This document shows positions 1 to 10,094 of a stretch of 64,000 nt of DNA, piece by piece. The DNA is from Candidatus Poribacteria bacterium (lineage in GTDB: Bacteria > Poribacteria > WGA-4E > PCPOR2b). Made by a program: the position numbers and the translations under genes. The notes beneath the pieces are model-generated. The model was not told the DNA's origin, did not search any database, and was given only the letters and a program-made list of their open reading frames with translations. The stretch is from assembly GCA_965218095.1 (NCBI GenBank), contig OZ244587.1:2569694-2633693 (forward strand), in the 5' to 3' direction. Position 1 is the first letter of the stretch; each line of letters opens with the position of its first letter.

Positions 1-387
1 CGCTTGGAAATAGGTCATCAACATCTCTCCGAAGCAGCCGGTGGCAAGATCGCCCCTGCCATCAACCACGATCACATCGCCAGCCTGCACTTCAAACATC
101 ACTTCCCACAAAGCAGAGGTTTTCTCCCCGGCTTCCTCGCCTTCAGGTTCCGATTCTTCGGCGGACGCCCCCGGTATCTGGTAGCCTCTCATCTGGTCTT
201 CACGCTGTGGTGTGAAGCGGAGCGTCAGGGCGGGACCGACAATTTTACTCCCGGGCACACGAGCGATGGGACCCTCCATAAAGGTTCGGCGCACACCCAA
301 CGCTTCCATGGTGGAGGTTACGGCATCGGTTCCCAATTCATACAACGCCTCAATGATTTCAGGTGCGGGTCGTTTGATAGTGGACAT
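1..387 (-). CDS. RraA-family protein (4-hydroxy-4-methyl-2-oxoglutarate aldolase / RNase E regulator-like), C-terminally truncated by the window edge
   Basis: The minus-strand translation starts at ATG 385-387 with an AGGAG RBS 7 nt upstream and reads MSTIKRPAPEIIEALYELGTDAVTSTMEALGVRRTFMEGPIARVPGSKIVGPALTLRF..., which is typical of RraA/MenG-like proteins. The listed plus-strand ORF 4..423 is its antisense. Confidence 0.6.
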   Translation of the reverse strand, partial: MSTIKRPAPEIIEALYELGTDAVTSTMEALGVRRTFMEGPIARVPGSKIVGPALTLRFTPQREDQMRGYQIPGASAEESEPEGEEAGEKTSALWEVMFEVQAGDVIVVDGRGDLATGCFGEMLMTYFQA

Positions 388-717
388 ATTTGCACTCCTA
401 TAAATCTGGATTTACGGGATTGATTTTAGGAATTTTCTTGAGTCTTTATCCTGATAACCCTTGAATCCTAATTGGATTTTCCCCGCGTACTTTGGAAATA
501 TGCAACAGCTATTTTACCCCTTTGTTATGCTTGGGTCAACAGCAAAAATCGTTGCGGAGCGAACGATCGTTTTTGGACGAATGGTGACAGTAGTTCTTCT
601 TTTTGATCTCTTTTTTGATTCATTCCTGTTACAATGTCCGCTGGGCCAACGGCACATCGGGGCATCAACCGAATGGCTTACGGAATCATCGAAAATCAGT
701 AAGGAGGGTATTTGCCA

Positions 718-2184
718 ATGATATGTGTTGCTTCTGCAATGCTTACGCTATCAAGAGATGCAATTACACAAGCGGTTTCACCCATTGACATCGGCAATCG
801 GCTGGAACTGTTCGTTGACGATTATCTGATTGATGAAATAGCCGGTTCAACGCGAAGGCTACACCATCCCCAACCGCAAGAGGTCGCCTGTGTTCATGAT
901 AACCCGTGGGAGGGGAGCACCTGTGGCTATAAAACTGTGTTTCAAGATGGCGATCTTTACCGGATGTATTACCGGGGGAGTCACGTCATTTATACAACTG
1001 AGGGCTTTGACGATCCCCACCCGCAGGTGGTCTGCTACGCTGAAAGCCGCGATGGGATACGCTGGACCAAACCGGAACTTGGCTTGATTGCGTTCGATAG
1101 TGGGAGGCAGAACAACATCATTTGGGAAGGGGTTGGATCACACAACTTCACACCTTTTAAGGACGAGAATCCCGATTGCAAACCGGACGAAAAGTACAAG
1201 GCACTTGGTTCAGGCGAGGGTGGCCTGTATGCGTTCAAGTCCGCCGATGGCATCCACTGGGCACTCATGAAGGATGAACCTGTAATTATCAAAGGTGCGT
1301 TTGACTCACAGAACCTCGCCTTTTGGGATACGATACGCGGCGAATACCGTGAATACCATCGCGATTTTCGTGAGGGACGCGACATCCGCACAGGGACATC
1401 GAAAGATTTCCTCAATTGGTCTGAGCCTGACTGGCTGGAATACTCGCCCGGCCGGGTCAGCGAACTGTACACGAATCAGATTATCCCATACTACCGCGCC
1501 CCGCATATCTTCCTCGGCTTTCCAACCCGATATACCGATCGGGGGTGGGCAGAATCGACGAAAGCCTTGCCGCAGCTTGAGTATCGCCGCCTCCGAGGTA
1601 GTAAATCTCAGCGCGAGGGGACAGCCGTGACGGATGGAATGTTCATGAGCAGTCGTGATGGGCACCATTTCAACATCTGGCCAGAGTCGTTTATCCGTCC
1701 CGGCTTGCAGTTGAGAGATAACTGGTTCTACGGCGACAATTATCAGAATTGGGGATTGGTCGAGACAAAATCGCACATTGATGGCGCGCCCGATGAGATT
1801 TCCGTCTATGTCGGCGAAGCCTCGCATCAGGGGGATGATTGTCGCTGGCGGCGTTTCACGCTGCGAATTGATGGATTTGTCTCAATGCAGGCGCCGTTGA
1901 GCGGTGGGGAATTTGTAACGAAGCCTCTGGTCTTCAAAGGAGACCATCTCGTCATTAACTTCTCAACCTCTGGGGTGGGCAGTATTCAAATCGAAGTTCA
2001 GGATGCATCCGGCGACGCCATCCCCGGCTTTAGACTGGGCGATTGTCCAGAGGTCTTCGGCGATGACCTCGAACGGATAGTAACGTGGAAGAATGGTGCA
2101 GATGTGGGGCGACTTTCAGGGCAACCCGTCCGTTTGCGATTTCTGTTAAAGGATGCAGACCTTTATTCAATTCGATTCAGTTAA
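718..2184 (+). CDS. Putative glycoside-hydrolase-like beta-propeller protein with a C-terminal beta-sandwich
   Basis: This is a long ORF with an AAGGAGGG RBS 9 nt before ATG 718. It contains NRLELFVDDYLID and WEG..CGYKTVFQDGDLYRMYYRG motifs seen in GH43/GH32/sialidase-like 5-bladed propeller proteins. The family assignment is tentative. Confidence 0.45.
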   Translation: MICVASAMLTLSRDAITQAVSPIDIGNRLELFVDDYLIDEIAGSTRRLHHPQPQEVACVHDNPWEGSTCGYKTVFQDGDLYRMYYRGSHVIYTTEGFDDPHPQVVCYAESRDGIRWTKPELGLIAFDSGRQNNIIWEGVGSHNFTPFKDENPDCKPDEKYKALGSGEGGLYAFKSADGIHWALMKDEPVIIKGAFDSQNLAFWDTIRGEYREYHRDFREGRDIRTGTSKDFLNWSEPDWLEYSPGRVSELYTNQIIPYYRAPHIFLGFPTRYTDRGWAESTKALPQLEYRRLRGSKSQREGTAVTDGMFMSSRDGHHFNIWPESFIRPGLQLRDNWFYGDNYQNWGLVETKSHIDGAPDEISVYVGEASHQGDDCRWRRFTLRIDGFVSMQAPLSGGEFVTKPLVFKGDHLVINFSTSGVGSIQIEVQDASGDAIPGFRLGDCPEVFGDDLERIVTWKNGADVGRLSGQPVRLRFLLKDADLYSIRFS

Positions 2185-2216
2185 TATATCGAATTTCACA
2201 GTAGATATAAAATAGA

Positions 2217-2248
2217 GAAACCGAGTTTTTGACAAAAACTCGGTTTCT
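2217..2248. terminator. Bidirectional rho-independent terminator between convergent genes
   Basis: The sequence GAAACCGAGTTTTTGACAAAAACTCGGTTTC forms a perfect hairpin with an A-run and a T-run on either side. Confidence 0.55.
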
Positions 2249-2294
2249 GCGCCTGTGCTTATCGAAGTAGCAACTCGAATTAATTTACATTGGA

Positions 2295-3317
2295 TTAAGG
2301 GGTGGGTGCGTCTTCACGCAGCAGTCCTTCTGCCTTTAGATCGCTCCAAAGATCCGCAGGGATAGGGTGTTCGAATATTTCGACATTCGATTGAATGTGC
2401 TCTGGCGTGAGGGCACCCGGAATGGCTGCGGCGACGATAGGATGCGCCAGCGGGAACTGTAATGCGGCTGCCCGTAGCGGCACACCATGTCGATCGCAGA
2501 TGGCTTCAATGCGCCGCGTTTTTTCCAATACCTCGGCAGGTGCCGGGGCATAGGCGTAAAACGCATTCTCCGTTGGGCCTGTCGCCAGAATGCCGGAGGC
2601 AAATACCGCGCCAATCACCACACCGATGCCTCGCTCAACGCATTGTGGAAATTCAGCGTCCAAGACATCCTGATCTAACAGCGTATACGGCATCGCAACG
2701 ATAAAGAAATCAAGGTCCACCATCTCCAAAAAGCGCGGGATGGTGCCCAATTGGTTCACGCCAGCCCCTACTCCTTTTATTTGCCCGCTGGAACGAAGCT
2801 CGTCAAGCGCGCGCCAACCACTGGTGCAGAGTTGCGTCATGTGAGCGGTGATCCGCGCATCGTTCACGTGAAATAAGTGGTCGAGATCGTGGATGAGAAG
2901 GAGATCGACAGAATTCAAACCGAGCCGCTGAAGGCTGTCTTCATAGGAGCGCATGATTCCGTCGTAACTATAGTCAAACACAACATCGAAAGGCAGCCCC
3001 CCTGCCCACATCCCTTTGTCGAAATTATCAAGGTCGCGCGTCGCCCGCAGCACACGCCCGACTTTGGTAGAAAGCACAAATTCCTGGCGTGGCTGTTCGC
3101 GGAAAAACTGTCCGAAACGATGTTCACTTTTCCCATACCCGTAGAACGGTGCCGTATCGAAGTAGCGCACGCCGGCATCCCATGCCGCTTGAAGTGTCAT
3201 CTGCGCTTGCGTTTCGCTAATGATTTCGAAGAGATCTCCTAGCGGCGCCCCGCCGAAACTCAATTTGGTTAAGGCAACCTCCGTACGCCCTAAGTTGCTT
3301 GTCGCTATGTTACCCAT
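2295..3317 (-). CDS. Aldo/keto reductase family oxidoreductase
   Basis: The 340-aa ORF has a GGAGGG RBS. Its N-terminus, LGRTEVALTKLSFGGAPLG...AWDAGVRYFDTAPFYGYGKSE, is a canonical AKR start. Confidence 0.85.
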   Translation of the reverse strand: MGNIATSNLGRTEVALTKLSFGGAPLGDLFEIISETQAQMTLQAAWDAGVRYFDTAPFYGYGKSEHRFGQFFREQPRQEFVLSTKVGRVLRATRDLDNFDKGMWAGGLPFDVVFDYSYDGIMRSYEDSLQRLGLNSVDLLLIHDLDHLFHVNDARITAHMTQLCTSGWRALDELRSSGQIKGVGAGVNQLGTIPRFLEMVDLDFFIVAMPYTLLDQDVLDAEFPQCVERGIGVVIGAVFASGILATGPTENAFYAYAPAPAEVLEKTRRIEAICDRHGVPLRAAALQFPLAHPIVAAAIPGALTPEHIQSNVEIFEHPIPADLWSDLKAEGLLREDAPTP

Positions 3318-3676
3318 TGATTCCCTCCAAGCTAAACTATTATCCGTTATTGGTGAAAAACTCGTCTTAGTGCGATAATCCGCTCGGCGATGAAATCACC
3401 GAGCTATAGGGCAACGTCCAATCAATTGGACTTTTGGTCTGGCCTATCAGTCCGATTCATCATTAAGAATAACACCTGACTTTAACGTTGTCAAGCGTTA
3501 CGTGTTCGCTGGCGAGCCTGGCTTCTCCTTTGAGTGAACTTGTGATTAGACGGAATCTGATCCAAATCAATTGTCTATGAAACAAAACAGAATATAGATT
3601 GCTATCCTGTTCCGTTTTTTCTCTCTTTGTTCTCTTTGATTCAAAATGAATTCTCGGATCAACGATAACCAATAGG

Positions 3677-4203
3677 GTAACCGTTCAGGTGGTGGAGCGG
3701 GGAAAATTTATCTTGACAGCAGATTCATTTTGGTGTATCAATAAGACGACGATAAAGGAGGTAATTTCCGCTGATGTCCCTACCGGATTCGATGCCAATT
3801 ACTCAAGAAGATTTGAAGCGCAACAGGTGTTCCATTTGTGGCGCCGGGTGCGAGATGGCACATTGGACCGGACATCTTTTTCCGCTGTCATTCGACCGAT
3901 AAAGCAGCGAGTTGGAGAGCTGCTGCACAAGGGGAGGATCAGTGATCACCCCAAAACGGCGAAGACGTGTGCTAATCTCTTGAAGATCGAGTTGTCGCTA
4001 TGGACGTTTGTTTCTGTTGAGGGTGTCGAATGGATAATGATAGTAGTTGCTACCCTCAAGCAGCAGAAGCGGAATGTGCTAGAATATCTTCAATCGGTCT
4101 GCTTGGCTCAGATTCGTGGCGAAAAAGCGCCTTCCTTACTTCCCAATCCAACACCCGAAAGCCAACCCACGGTGTAGTCCCATAGACCACCTGAACGGGT
4201 TAC
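3677..4203. mobile_element. IS66-family remnant (internally deleted) bounded by 17-18 bp GTAA-type inverted repeats
   Basis: GTAACCGTTCAGGTGGT at 3677-3693 is the inverse of ACCACCTGAACGGGTTAC at 4186-4203, and the outer ends are GTAAC as in IS66 IRs. The repeats enclose an ORF with IS66-transposase C-terminal resemblance. A third copy lies at 24097-24113. Confidence 0.4.
3689..4177 (+). pseudogene. IS66-family transposase C-terminal fragment
   Basis: The translation ...KTCANLLKIELSLWTFVSVEGVEW... resembles the conserved LWTF..EGVEPTNN region of IS66 TnpC. It is truncated and diverged and is flanked by the inverted repeats above. Confidence 0.3.
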
Positions 4204-4340
4204 GTCTAGGAATTCTCTAAAGAGGCAGCAACAACAGATGCCCAGACAGCTTTGCAAGAACTCTGCACAGGCATATTTGAAAGCGAAGAAAATTTAGCCA
4301 AGAATCACGATTTCTTTTTGTATGAAACAGGATAATACCA

Positions 4341-6266
4341 ATGCGACACGTCATTATCGGCACCGCCGGACACGTTGACCACGGAAAATCTGCACTGATA
4401 CACGCCCTCACCGGAATCGAAACCGATCGGCTCAAGGAGGAGAAAGAGCGTGGGTTGTCGATCGAGTTGGGGTTTGCCTACTTCGATCTGCCCGACGGTT
4501 CACGCGCTGGAATCGTTGATGTCCCCGGACATGAAAGGTTTATCCGAAACATGCTCTCCGGGGCGTACGGGATGGACATTGTGCTGCTTGTCGTAGATGC
4601 GAAGGAGGGCGTGCAGGAGCAGACGCTGGAACACTTGGAGATTCTTGATCTGCTCGGTATCTCGACAGGCATCCTCGTGATGACGAAGGTGGATCTGGTG
4701 ACGCCGGATCAATTGGCAGAATCGGCGGAGATGTCGCAGGAAATGTTGATGGGGACAACCCTCGACGGTTCACCCACGGTCCATGTCTCAGCAGTGACGG
4801 GCGAAGGTTTGGATGAACTCAAGCGGCTGATCGTGGCTTGCGTGGACACCGCCGCGAAAACAGAAAGGCGCGATGACATCCCACGTATATATGTGGATCG
4901 GGTTTTCACGATGACGGGGTTTGGCGCAGTGGCGACTGGGACGCTGATAGGCGGCTCAATCCACCGCGAACAACGGTTAATCAGCCTGCCGCAGGGCCGC
5001 GAAGTACGTGTTCGCGGCGTACAAGTTCATAACGAAACTGCGGAACAAGCCCAGCCAGGGCAGCGAACAGCCTTGAACCTGTCGGGCATCACCAAAGATG
5101 AGATCGAGCGTGGAAACGTTCTCTGTCCGAGCGGGTTTTCCAAGGTCACAGACAATATCGACGTGTCTATCAATCTTCTGTCGTCTTTCCCAAGAATGCT
5201 CGAACATTGGTCACGACTACGATTTTATCTGGGTACGAGCGAGACGTTTTGCCGGGCAATCCCGCTTGTGGACGAAGCGATCCTGCCGGGGGATTCAGCA
5301 CAAATACAACTACGCCTTGAAAGACCGATTTTGACCTTCAAGGGAGATCGATTCATTGTGCGTGATTTCTCAGCGCAATTCACCGTTGGGGGCGGACAAG
5401 TAATCAATCCATTTGCACCTCGCCACGAGCGCTTCACGGAAGAGACTCTTGAGGTGCTGGATCAATGGGAAAATGCTGACGATGCAGAAGTTGTGAGGCT
5501 TGTATTGGCACAAAGCCGTGAGCTCTGTGTCCCGGAAGACTTACTCCGCTACTACCTGCCCTACTCTGATGCAGACTTTCGAGCATTCCTAAAAGACCTC
5601 GAAGGTCGTCAAGAAATTGTACGCTGGCAGGGGGGAACGCCGCTCATTTCTGCGGTGGACCGGACGAAACGAGCGCAAGCAGATCTGATTGACGCTTTAG
5701 GGCGTTTCCATGAACAGCAGCCACTCACGTCCGGTCAAAATGCCTCTCAACTCCGTATCCAACTCCGTTTGGATGAAATCGGCTTTGATAAGATCGTTGA
5801 TTTGCTGAGTCGGCAGGAGCAGGTTGTCAAAGACGGGAATCTTCTGCGGTTGTCATCGCATCAAATCCAATTTTCCGGGGCAGAGGAAGAAATCAAGGAG
5901 AAGGTTGAGGAGCTCTTCTTGAATGCCGAAATCAATACCCTGAACCTAGGTGGATTGACCGCGCAGTTGTCAGAATATCCGTCACAGTCGGTTCAGCAGA
6001 CGTTTTACGCGCTGATGAATCTTGGGCGATTCATCAAGATTGCAGACGACTTTTTTGTTCATGTCCAGACGTTTGAGAAAATCGTCAATTCCCTTACCGA
6101 TTACCTTCAGAAACATGGTATAATAACCGTTGCGGAATTCCGCGAACTTGCACAAACCAGCAGGAAATACGCCGTGCCTTTCCTTGAATATTGCGATGGT
6201 CAGGGAATCACGATTCGTGAGGGGAATCACCGCCGTCTACGAAAATCCACGAAGCGTGAAACGTGA
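4341..6266 (+). CDS. selB: Selenocysteine-specific translation elongation factor SelB
   Basis: The 641-aa ORF starts [45 protein letters not shown], the SelB GTPase N-terminus. The long C-terminal winged-helix region has SelB length, and selC follows directly downstream. Confidence 0.9.
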   Translation: MRHVIIGTAGHVDHGKSALIHALTGIETDRLKEEKERGLSIELGFAYFDLPDGSRAGIVDVPGHERFIRNMLSGAYGMDIVLLVVDAKEGVQEQTLEHLEILDLLGISTGILVMTKVDLVTPDQLAESAEMSQEMLMGTTLDGSPTVHVSAVTGEGLDELKRLIVACVDTAAKTERRDDIPRIYVDRVFTMTGFGAVATGTLIGGSIHREQRLISLPQGREVRVRGVQVHNETAEQAQPGQRTALNLSGITKDEIERGNVLCPSGFSKVTDNIDVSINLLSSFPRMLEHWSRLRFYLGTSETFCRAIPLVDEAILPGDSAQIQLRLERPILTFKGDRFIVRDFSAQFTVGGGQVINPFAPRHERFTEETLEVLDQWENADDAEVVRLVLAQSRELCVPEDLLRYYLPYSDADFRAFLKDLEGRQEIVRWQGGTPLISAVDRTKRAQADLIDALGRFHEQQPLTSGQNASQLRIQLRLDEIGFDKIVDLLSRQEQVVKDGNLLRLSSHQIQFSGAEEEIKEKVEELFLNAEINTLNLGGLTAQLSEYPSQSVQQTFYALMNLGRFIKIADDFFVHVQTFEKIVNSLTDYLQKHGIITVAEFRELAQTSRKYAVPFLEYCDGQGITIREGNHRRLRKSTKRET

Positions 6267-6335
6267 TGACCAAATGATCTCCTGGATCAATCGCTTGACT
6301 TTAGGCACTTTAGCTCACTCCACGCACTTTCTTCC

Positions 6336-6429
6336 GGGAGGGGATAGGGTCCGGTGGCTCTACTGGTCTTCAAAACCAGCTTGCCCATGCAAGTGGGTAG
6401 GTGGGTTCGACTCCCACCCTCTCCCGCCA
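6336..6429 (+). tRNA. selC: tRNA-Sec (selC), anticodon UCA
   Basis: The 8-bp acceptor stem is GGGAGGGG/CCTCTCCC with one G-U pair. The anticodon stem CTGGT/ACCAG carries the loop CTTCAAA, which gives anticodon UCA. There is a long variable arm, a T-arm GTGGG-TTCGACT-CCCAC, discriminator G and an encoded CCA. Total length is about 94 nt, typical of bacterial tRNA-Sec. Confidence 0.85.
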
Positions 6430-6449
6430 CTTAGAGCCCACAAACAAAA

Positions 6450-6491
6450 AAAGAGGAGATGAAATTCTCACGAATCTATCTCCTCTTTTTC
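6450..6491. terminator. Rho-independent terminator after selC
   Basis: The hairpin AGAGGAGAT...ATCTCCTCT is followed by TTTTT. An A-run precedes it, so it could also serve the convergent htrA gene. Confidence 0.5.
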
Positions 6492-6518
6492 CGCTTCGCT
6501 TTACACTCCAGATTTCCT

Positions 6519-8084
6519 TTACTTACCCCTCGGCTTGTTTCTCAGCGGAACGAATTGAGGTGTGCCAGTTTCACGCCGCCTGACGACTAACAGAATCAGA
6601 GATTCATCTTTAACCTCTTTGATTCGTTTTTGATATTCACGCACGTTCGCAATCTCCATATCCTCAATTTCTTGAATGAGATCGCCCTTTCTGATACCGG
6701 CTTCGGCGGCAGAGCTTCTTCGCTCAACGCTGACGACAAGCACGCCTGTTTCGCCCTCAAATCCATAACGTGCCGCCCACTCGCTGGTCAGATCCCGCAC
6801 ATGGAGTCCCGCAAACGCTTGTCCATTTTCTTCATTAGAGACAAAGCGGGGCGGTCTCTCTGTTAAAGCATCAACGACCGCTTGAGTCCGCTTTTCAAGC
6901 TCGATCTTTAACACTTTCTCTTTGCCCCTGCGGATGACCTTGACCTCGACTGTTCTTCCGACATCCGTGGCAGCGACAACGTCACGAAGATGCTTCACAT
7001 TACGGATACGCACGTTATCAAATTCGACAATCACATCACCATGGCGGACGCCACCTTTGGCTGCTGGCATGCCTTTACCAACCATTCTAACCAGGGCGCC
7101 TTGGGGCTCCCCAAGTTTTAATTTTTCTGCCAAGTCGTAGTTGATCGGCTGGAGTGAAACCCCCAACCATCCGCGTTCAACTTCCCCTTTCTCAATCAAC
7201 TGGGTCATGATCCGTTTTGCGAGATTAATCGGGATGGCGAATCCAACCCCGGCATTGCCTTGTGAGAATCCGCCGGTGGCAATTGCCGTATTAATGCCGA
7301 TTAACTCACCACGGATGTTAATGAGTGCGCCGCCGCTGTTACCGCGATTGATTGCGGCGTCGATCTGGATGAAGTCCGCATACTCGACAATGCCAATATC
7401 TGAGCGTCCTTTCGCACTGACCATCCCGCGTGTCACCGTTTGGGCGAATCCGAATGGGCTCCCGATGGCAATCACCCACTCTCCAACCTGAAGCGCTTCC
7501 GAGTCTCCAACAGGCAAGACGGGTAGATTTTCTCCATCAATCTTCAGGATAGCGAGATCTGTTCCTTGATCACCCGCGTCTCTTCCAATGACTTTCGCAT
7601 GATATTCTCCCCCATCCGGCAAGATAACCTGAATGTCTTCCGCGCCTTCAATGACATGGTTGTTCGTTAAGATGTAACCGTCTTCGCTGACAATGACACC
7701 GGATCCGAGCCCCCCCACCTCTCGCTTGTCTTCTTCACGTTCATCTGAATCACGCCGTTCACGACGATCCCGGGGACCGAACCAAAAATCGAACAAATCA
7801 TCATCACCGAAAAAATCGAAAGGACGCTGTGAACGGCGCGTTGAGACCAACCGCGTTGTCGTAATTTGCACAACGGCGGGTTTTGCACGATTTACCACTT
7901 CAATGAATGCACGGTTTGCCCGTTCCAAATATTCAAAATCCTGACTAAAGTTTTCACTGGTTTGACCAATTGCGGTCTGAGAGGTAAAAGTGTGATTATC
8001 TATGCGCACCGTCACACCGACAACGATTATTAACGCCACAACAACGAGTGAAACTATCCATTTGGTTGAATTTGACTTAAGCAT
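6519..8084 (-). CDS. htrA: HtrA/DegP-family periplasmic serine protease with PDZ domains
   Basis: The ORF has the trypsin-like motifs ILTNNHVI and GNSGGALIN, two PDZ-like regions and an N-terminal TM segment. The likely start is ATG 8082-8084, which has an AAGGAGGG RBS. The listed ORF extends to 8117. Confidence 0.9.
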   Translation of the reverse strand: MLKSNSTKWIVSLVVVALIIVVGVTVRIDNHTFTSQTAIGQTSENFSQDFEYLERANRAFIEVVNRAKPAVVQITTTRLVSTRRSQRPFDFFGDDDLFDFWFGPRDRRERRDSDEREEDKREVGGLGSGVIVSEDGYILTNNHVIEGAEDIQVILPDGGEYHAKVIGRDAGDQGTDLAILKIDGENLPVLPVGDSEALQVGEWVIAIGSPFGFAQTVTRGMVSAKGRSDIGIVEYADFIQIDAAINRGNSGGALINIRGELIGINTAIATGGFSQGNAGVGFAIPINLAKRIMTQLIEKGEVERGWLGVSLQPINYDLAEKLKLGEPQGALVRMVGKGMPAAKGGVRHGDVIVEFDNVRIRNVKHLRDVVAATDVGRTVEVKVIRRGKEKVLKIELEKRTQAVVDALTERPPRFVSNEENGQAFAGLHVRDLTSEWAARYGFEGETGVLVVSVERRSSAAEAGIRKGDLIQEIEDMEIANVREYQKRIKEVKDESLILLVVRRRETGTPQFVPLRNKPRGK

Positions 8085-8166
8085 TTGTAGACCCTCCTTT
8101 TCTAGTTCGGAACACACCGCTATCTAAGTGAAAGTTTCAAAAAAAACATGGCACTTTTGACATAAA

Positions 8167-8200
8167 AAAAGCGTCCTGCGTTTGCATGCAGGACGCTTTT
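8167..8200. terminator. Bidirectional terminator downstream of hsp20
   Basis: The sequence is AAAAAAGCGTCCTGCGTTTGCATGCAGGACGCTTTTT. Confidence 0.6.
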
Positions 8201-8214
8201 TGCAAATCAAGTGG

Positions 8215-8652
8215 CTATTCAACGCGGACTTGAATCTCTTTGGGTTTGACTTTTTCTACTTTTGGAATGGATACGGTCAACACGCCATTCGTGAATTTTG
8301 CTTTGATGTCTTCAGGATTCAAGTTCGACGGCAATGTGAAAGATCGTTGGAAGCGACCGTAACTCCGTTCAACACGATGATACTTTGGGGCTTTCTCCTC
8401 GCTTTCATGCTTTTTTTCACCTTTGAGCGTGAGGACATCATCTGTCACGGAAACATGGACATCCGTCTCGGAAAGTCCCGGAATTTCGGCACGGATTTCA
8501 ACGTGATCATCCGCTTCTAAAATGTCAACTGCTGGCAGCCAATCCAAACTACCATGCTCAGCACGATAGCGTGCTGGCCTGTGCCAATCGTCAAAAAATC
8601 GATCCATCTCATTGAGATCCTGTATCGGTCTCCATGTAGCTAGGCTTGTCAT
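8215..8652 (-). CDS. Hsp20/alpha-crystallin family small heat shock protein
   Basis: The 145-aa ORF has an AGGAGG RBS and an alpha-crystallin domain (VDILEADDHVEIRAEIPGLSETDVHVSV...GVLTVSIPK). It ends with a TAG stop directly before the terminator. Confidence 0.9.
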   Translation of the reverse strand: MTSLATWRPIQDLNEMDRFFDDWHRPARYRAEHGSLDWLPAVDILEADDHVEIRAEIPGLSETDVHVSVTDDVLTLKGEKKHESEEKAPKYHRVERSYGRFQRSFTLPSNLNPEDIKAKFTNGVLTVSIPKVEKVKPKEIQVRVE

Positions 8653-8933
8653 TTTTTGTTCCTCCTATTTCGCAATTTTTTGCTTTGGTTATTGAATGCT
8701 TTTACATCATTTAGACGATCCAATGTAGAGCAAGTCGCGTGCCAAATCTTGTTCCTGATAAAAACCGGAAAGGAGAAAAAAGGCCAAATACTCTGGTTCA
8801 ACGGGGATTTCACAGCATATGTTGTGTGATTTGGCTTGCCATAAATTCGGAGAAATTACTGCCAGTTTTGCCACTTGACAGCGTCTGAGAGCGGTTCATT
8901 GGGTGCCAAGATGACAATCTACGATTGGTGCGT

Positions 8934-9002
8934 AACAACCGTATGTCATTATGGCATATTTTGCCATCAGGCTATCACGCAACAACGGTATGTCATTTTG
9001 AC
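8934..9002. promoter_or_regulatory. Candidate operator upstream of hsp20: two direct repeats AACAAC(C/G)GTATGTCATT(A/T)TG flanking the palindrome ATGGCATATTTTGCCAT
   Basis: The repeats and palindrome are read directly from 8934-9002. They lie in the 5' region of the minus-strand hsp20 gene. They match neither CIRCE nor HAIR consensus. Confidence 0.25.
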
Positions 9003-9018
9003 CTATTTCCCTTCACTG

Positions 9019-9870
9019 CTATGAACCTTGTCCCTCGGTCAATAACCGATGGAGGCTGCTGCCAAGGATCTGCGCTTTGTCGGCGTCTGGGATGAACGCG
9101 CAGTGTGTGCGGAATGCTTCGAGGGCATGTTGGTAGGTCATGTAGGAACGAACCACGGGGTAGTCCGAACCCCAACAGAGGCGACCGGGACCGAAATGCT
9201 CGTAGATTGCGCGGACGATCCAGCTAGTATCGGAGTAAGGATAGTCCCATGAAAGCTGGGAGGCATAGGCAAATCCAGACATCTTGATGTAGATATTCGG
9301 CGCCTTTGCGGATGCAAGAATTTCCTTCAACCTCGGATATGGCGGTTCTTCGCTAGCTCTTGCGCCGCCCATGTGATGGCACAGAAAGGGAACCGAGGGG
9401 AACTGTGCGGCGAGTTTTCGCAAAGGTGCCTGTTGGTGTGGCCCCATTGCGATGCTGGCAATCAACCCACGGTCTGTGGTTGTCTGAAAGAACCGCTGTC
9501 CCTCGTCTGAAAAGAACCAGTTTCCGTCGTCATCTCCCGTCAGATAGTGCGTGTAGCCCTTCAACGCATATTTATCCGCAGCCTCCGCGAGACGGTCTGC
9601 GGCACCAGGGGTATGGTAGGTCTCCGTCCATGAGCAATCAACGTCCGCAAACTGGATGATGCGATCCGGATAACGTTTGGCGCACTCAAAGATATAGTCG
9701 TTGTTGTCAGGGTTATGATCGATTCGCGCACAAACCAGAACAGCTTGATCGACACCGTGTTGATCCATTTCGTGAAGAAGTTGCTCAATTCTTCCACGGC
9801 TTTCATCATCAGGAACAGGGGGCTGATAGGGCCAGCGTGGCCATGCGTGGGTGTGTGAATCGATGATCAT
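9019..9870 (-). CDS. Amidohydrolase-2 family (TIM-barrel metal-dependent hydrolase)
   Basis: The N-terminus MIIDSHTHAWPRWPY is the amidohydrolase metal-binding HxH motif. An AAGGAGA RBS lies 7 nt before ATG 9868-9870. The longer listed start at 9957 lacks an RBS. Confidence 0.7.
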   Translation of the reverse strand: MIIDSHTHAWPRWPYQPPVPDDESRGRIEQLLHEMDQHGVDQAVLVCARIDHNPDNNDYIFECAKRYPDRIIQFADVDCSWTETYHTPGAADRLAEAADKYALKGYTHYLTGDDDGNWFFSDEGQRFFQTTTDRGLIASIAMGPHQQAPLRKLAAQFPSVPFLCHHMGGARASEEPPYPRLKEILASAKAPNIYIKMSGFAYASQLSWDYPYSDTSWIVRAIYEHFGPGRLCWGSDYPVVRSYMTYQHALEAFRTHCAFIPDADKAQILGSSLHRLLTEGQGS

Positions 9871-10094
9871 AGAATTCTCCTTATATTTGTATTTATTGAC
9901 GCAACGTGATGGGTGTGAAATACCCTGATTTCCGGTTTTAATCAATCTGCTTTTCACATACCATGAAAACGAAATCTAAAATACCAAAGACTTTGTTCAG
10001 ATCGCTAATTGAATACGAAATTGGATGCTTCTGCGGTATCACAAAATTCGTGAGAATCTATTCCTGAAACGTGAACCATCTCACGCATCACATT

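Noticed and set aside
4-423. Listed plus-strand ORF of 139 aa
   Set aside because: It is antisense to a well-conserved RraA-family gene on the minus strand. It has no RBS and a compositionally odd translation.
6130-6462. ORF of 110 aa overlapping the selC region
   Set aside because: The sequence folds as a canonical tRNA-Sec. The ORF is a by-product.
8215-8217. Hypothesis that TAG is reassigned to a sense codon, explaining the in-frame TAGs
   Set aside because: hsp20 (8215), pfkB (19292) and the MBL gene (24087) terminate with TAG at positions matching homolog C-termini, the first immediately before a terminator hairpin. In-frame TAA and TGA also occur, so the interruptions cannot be explained by recoding.
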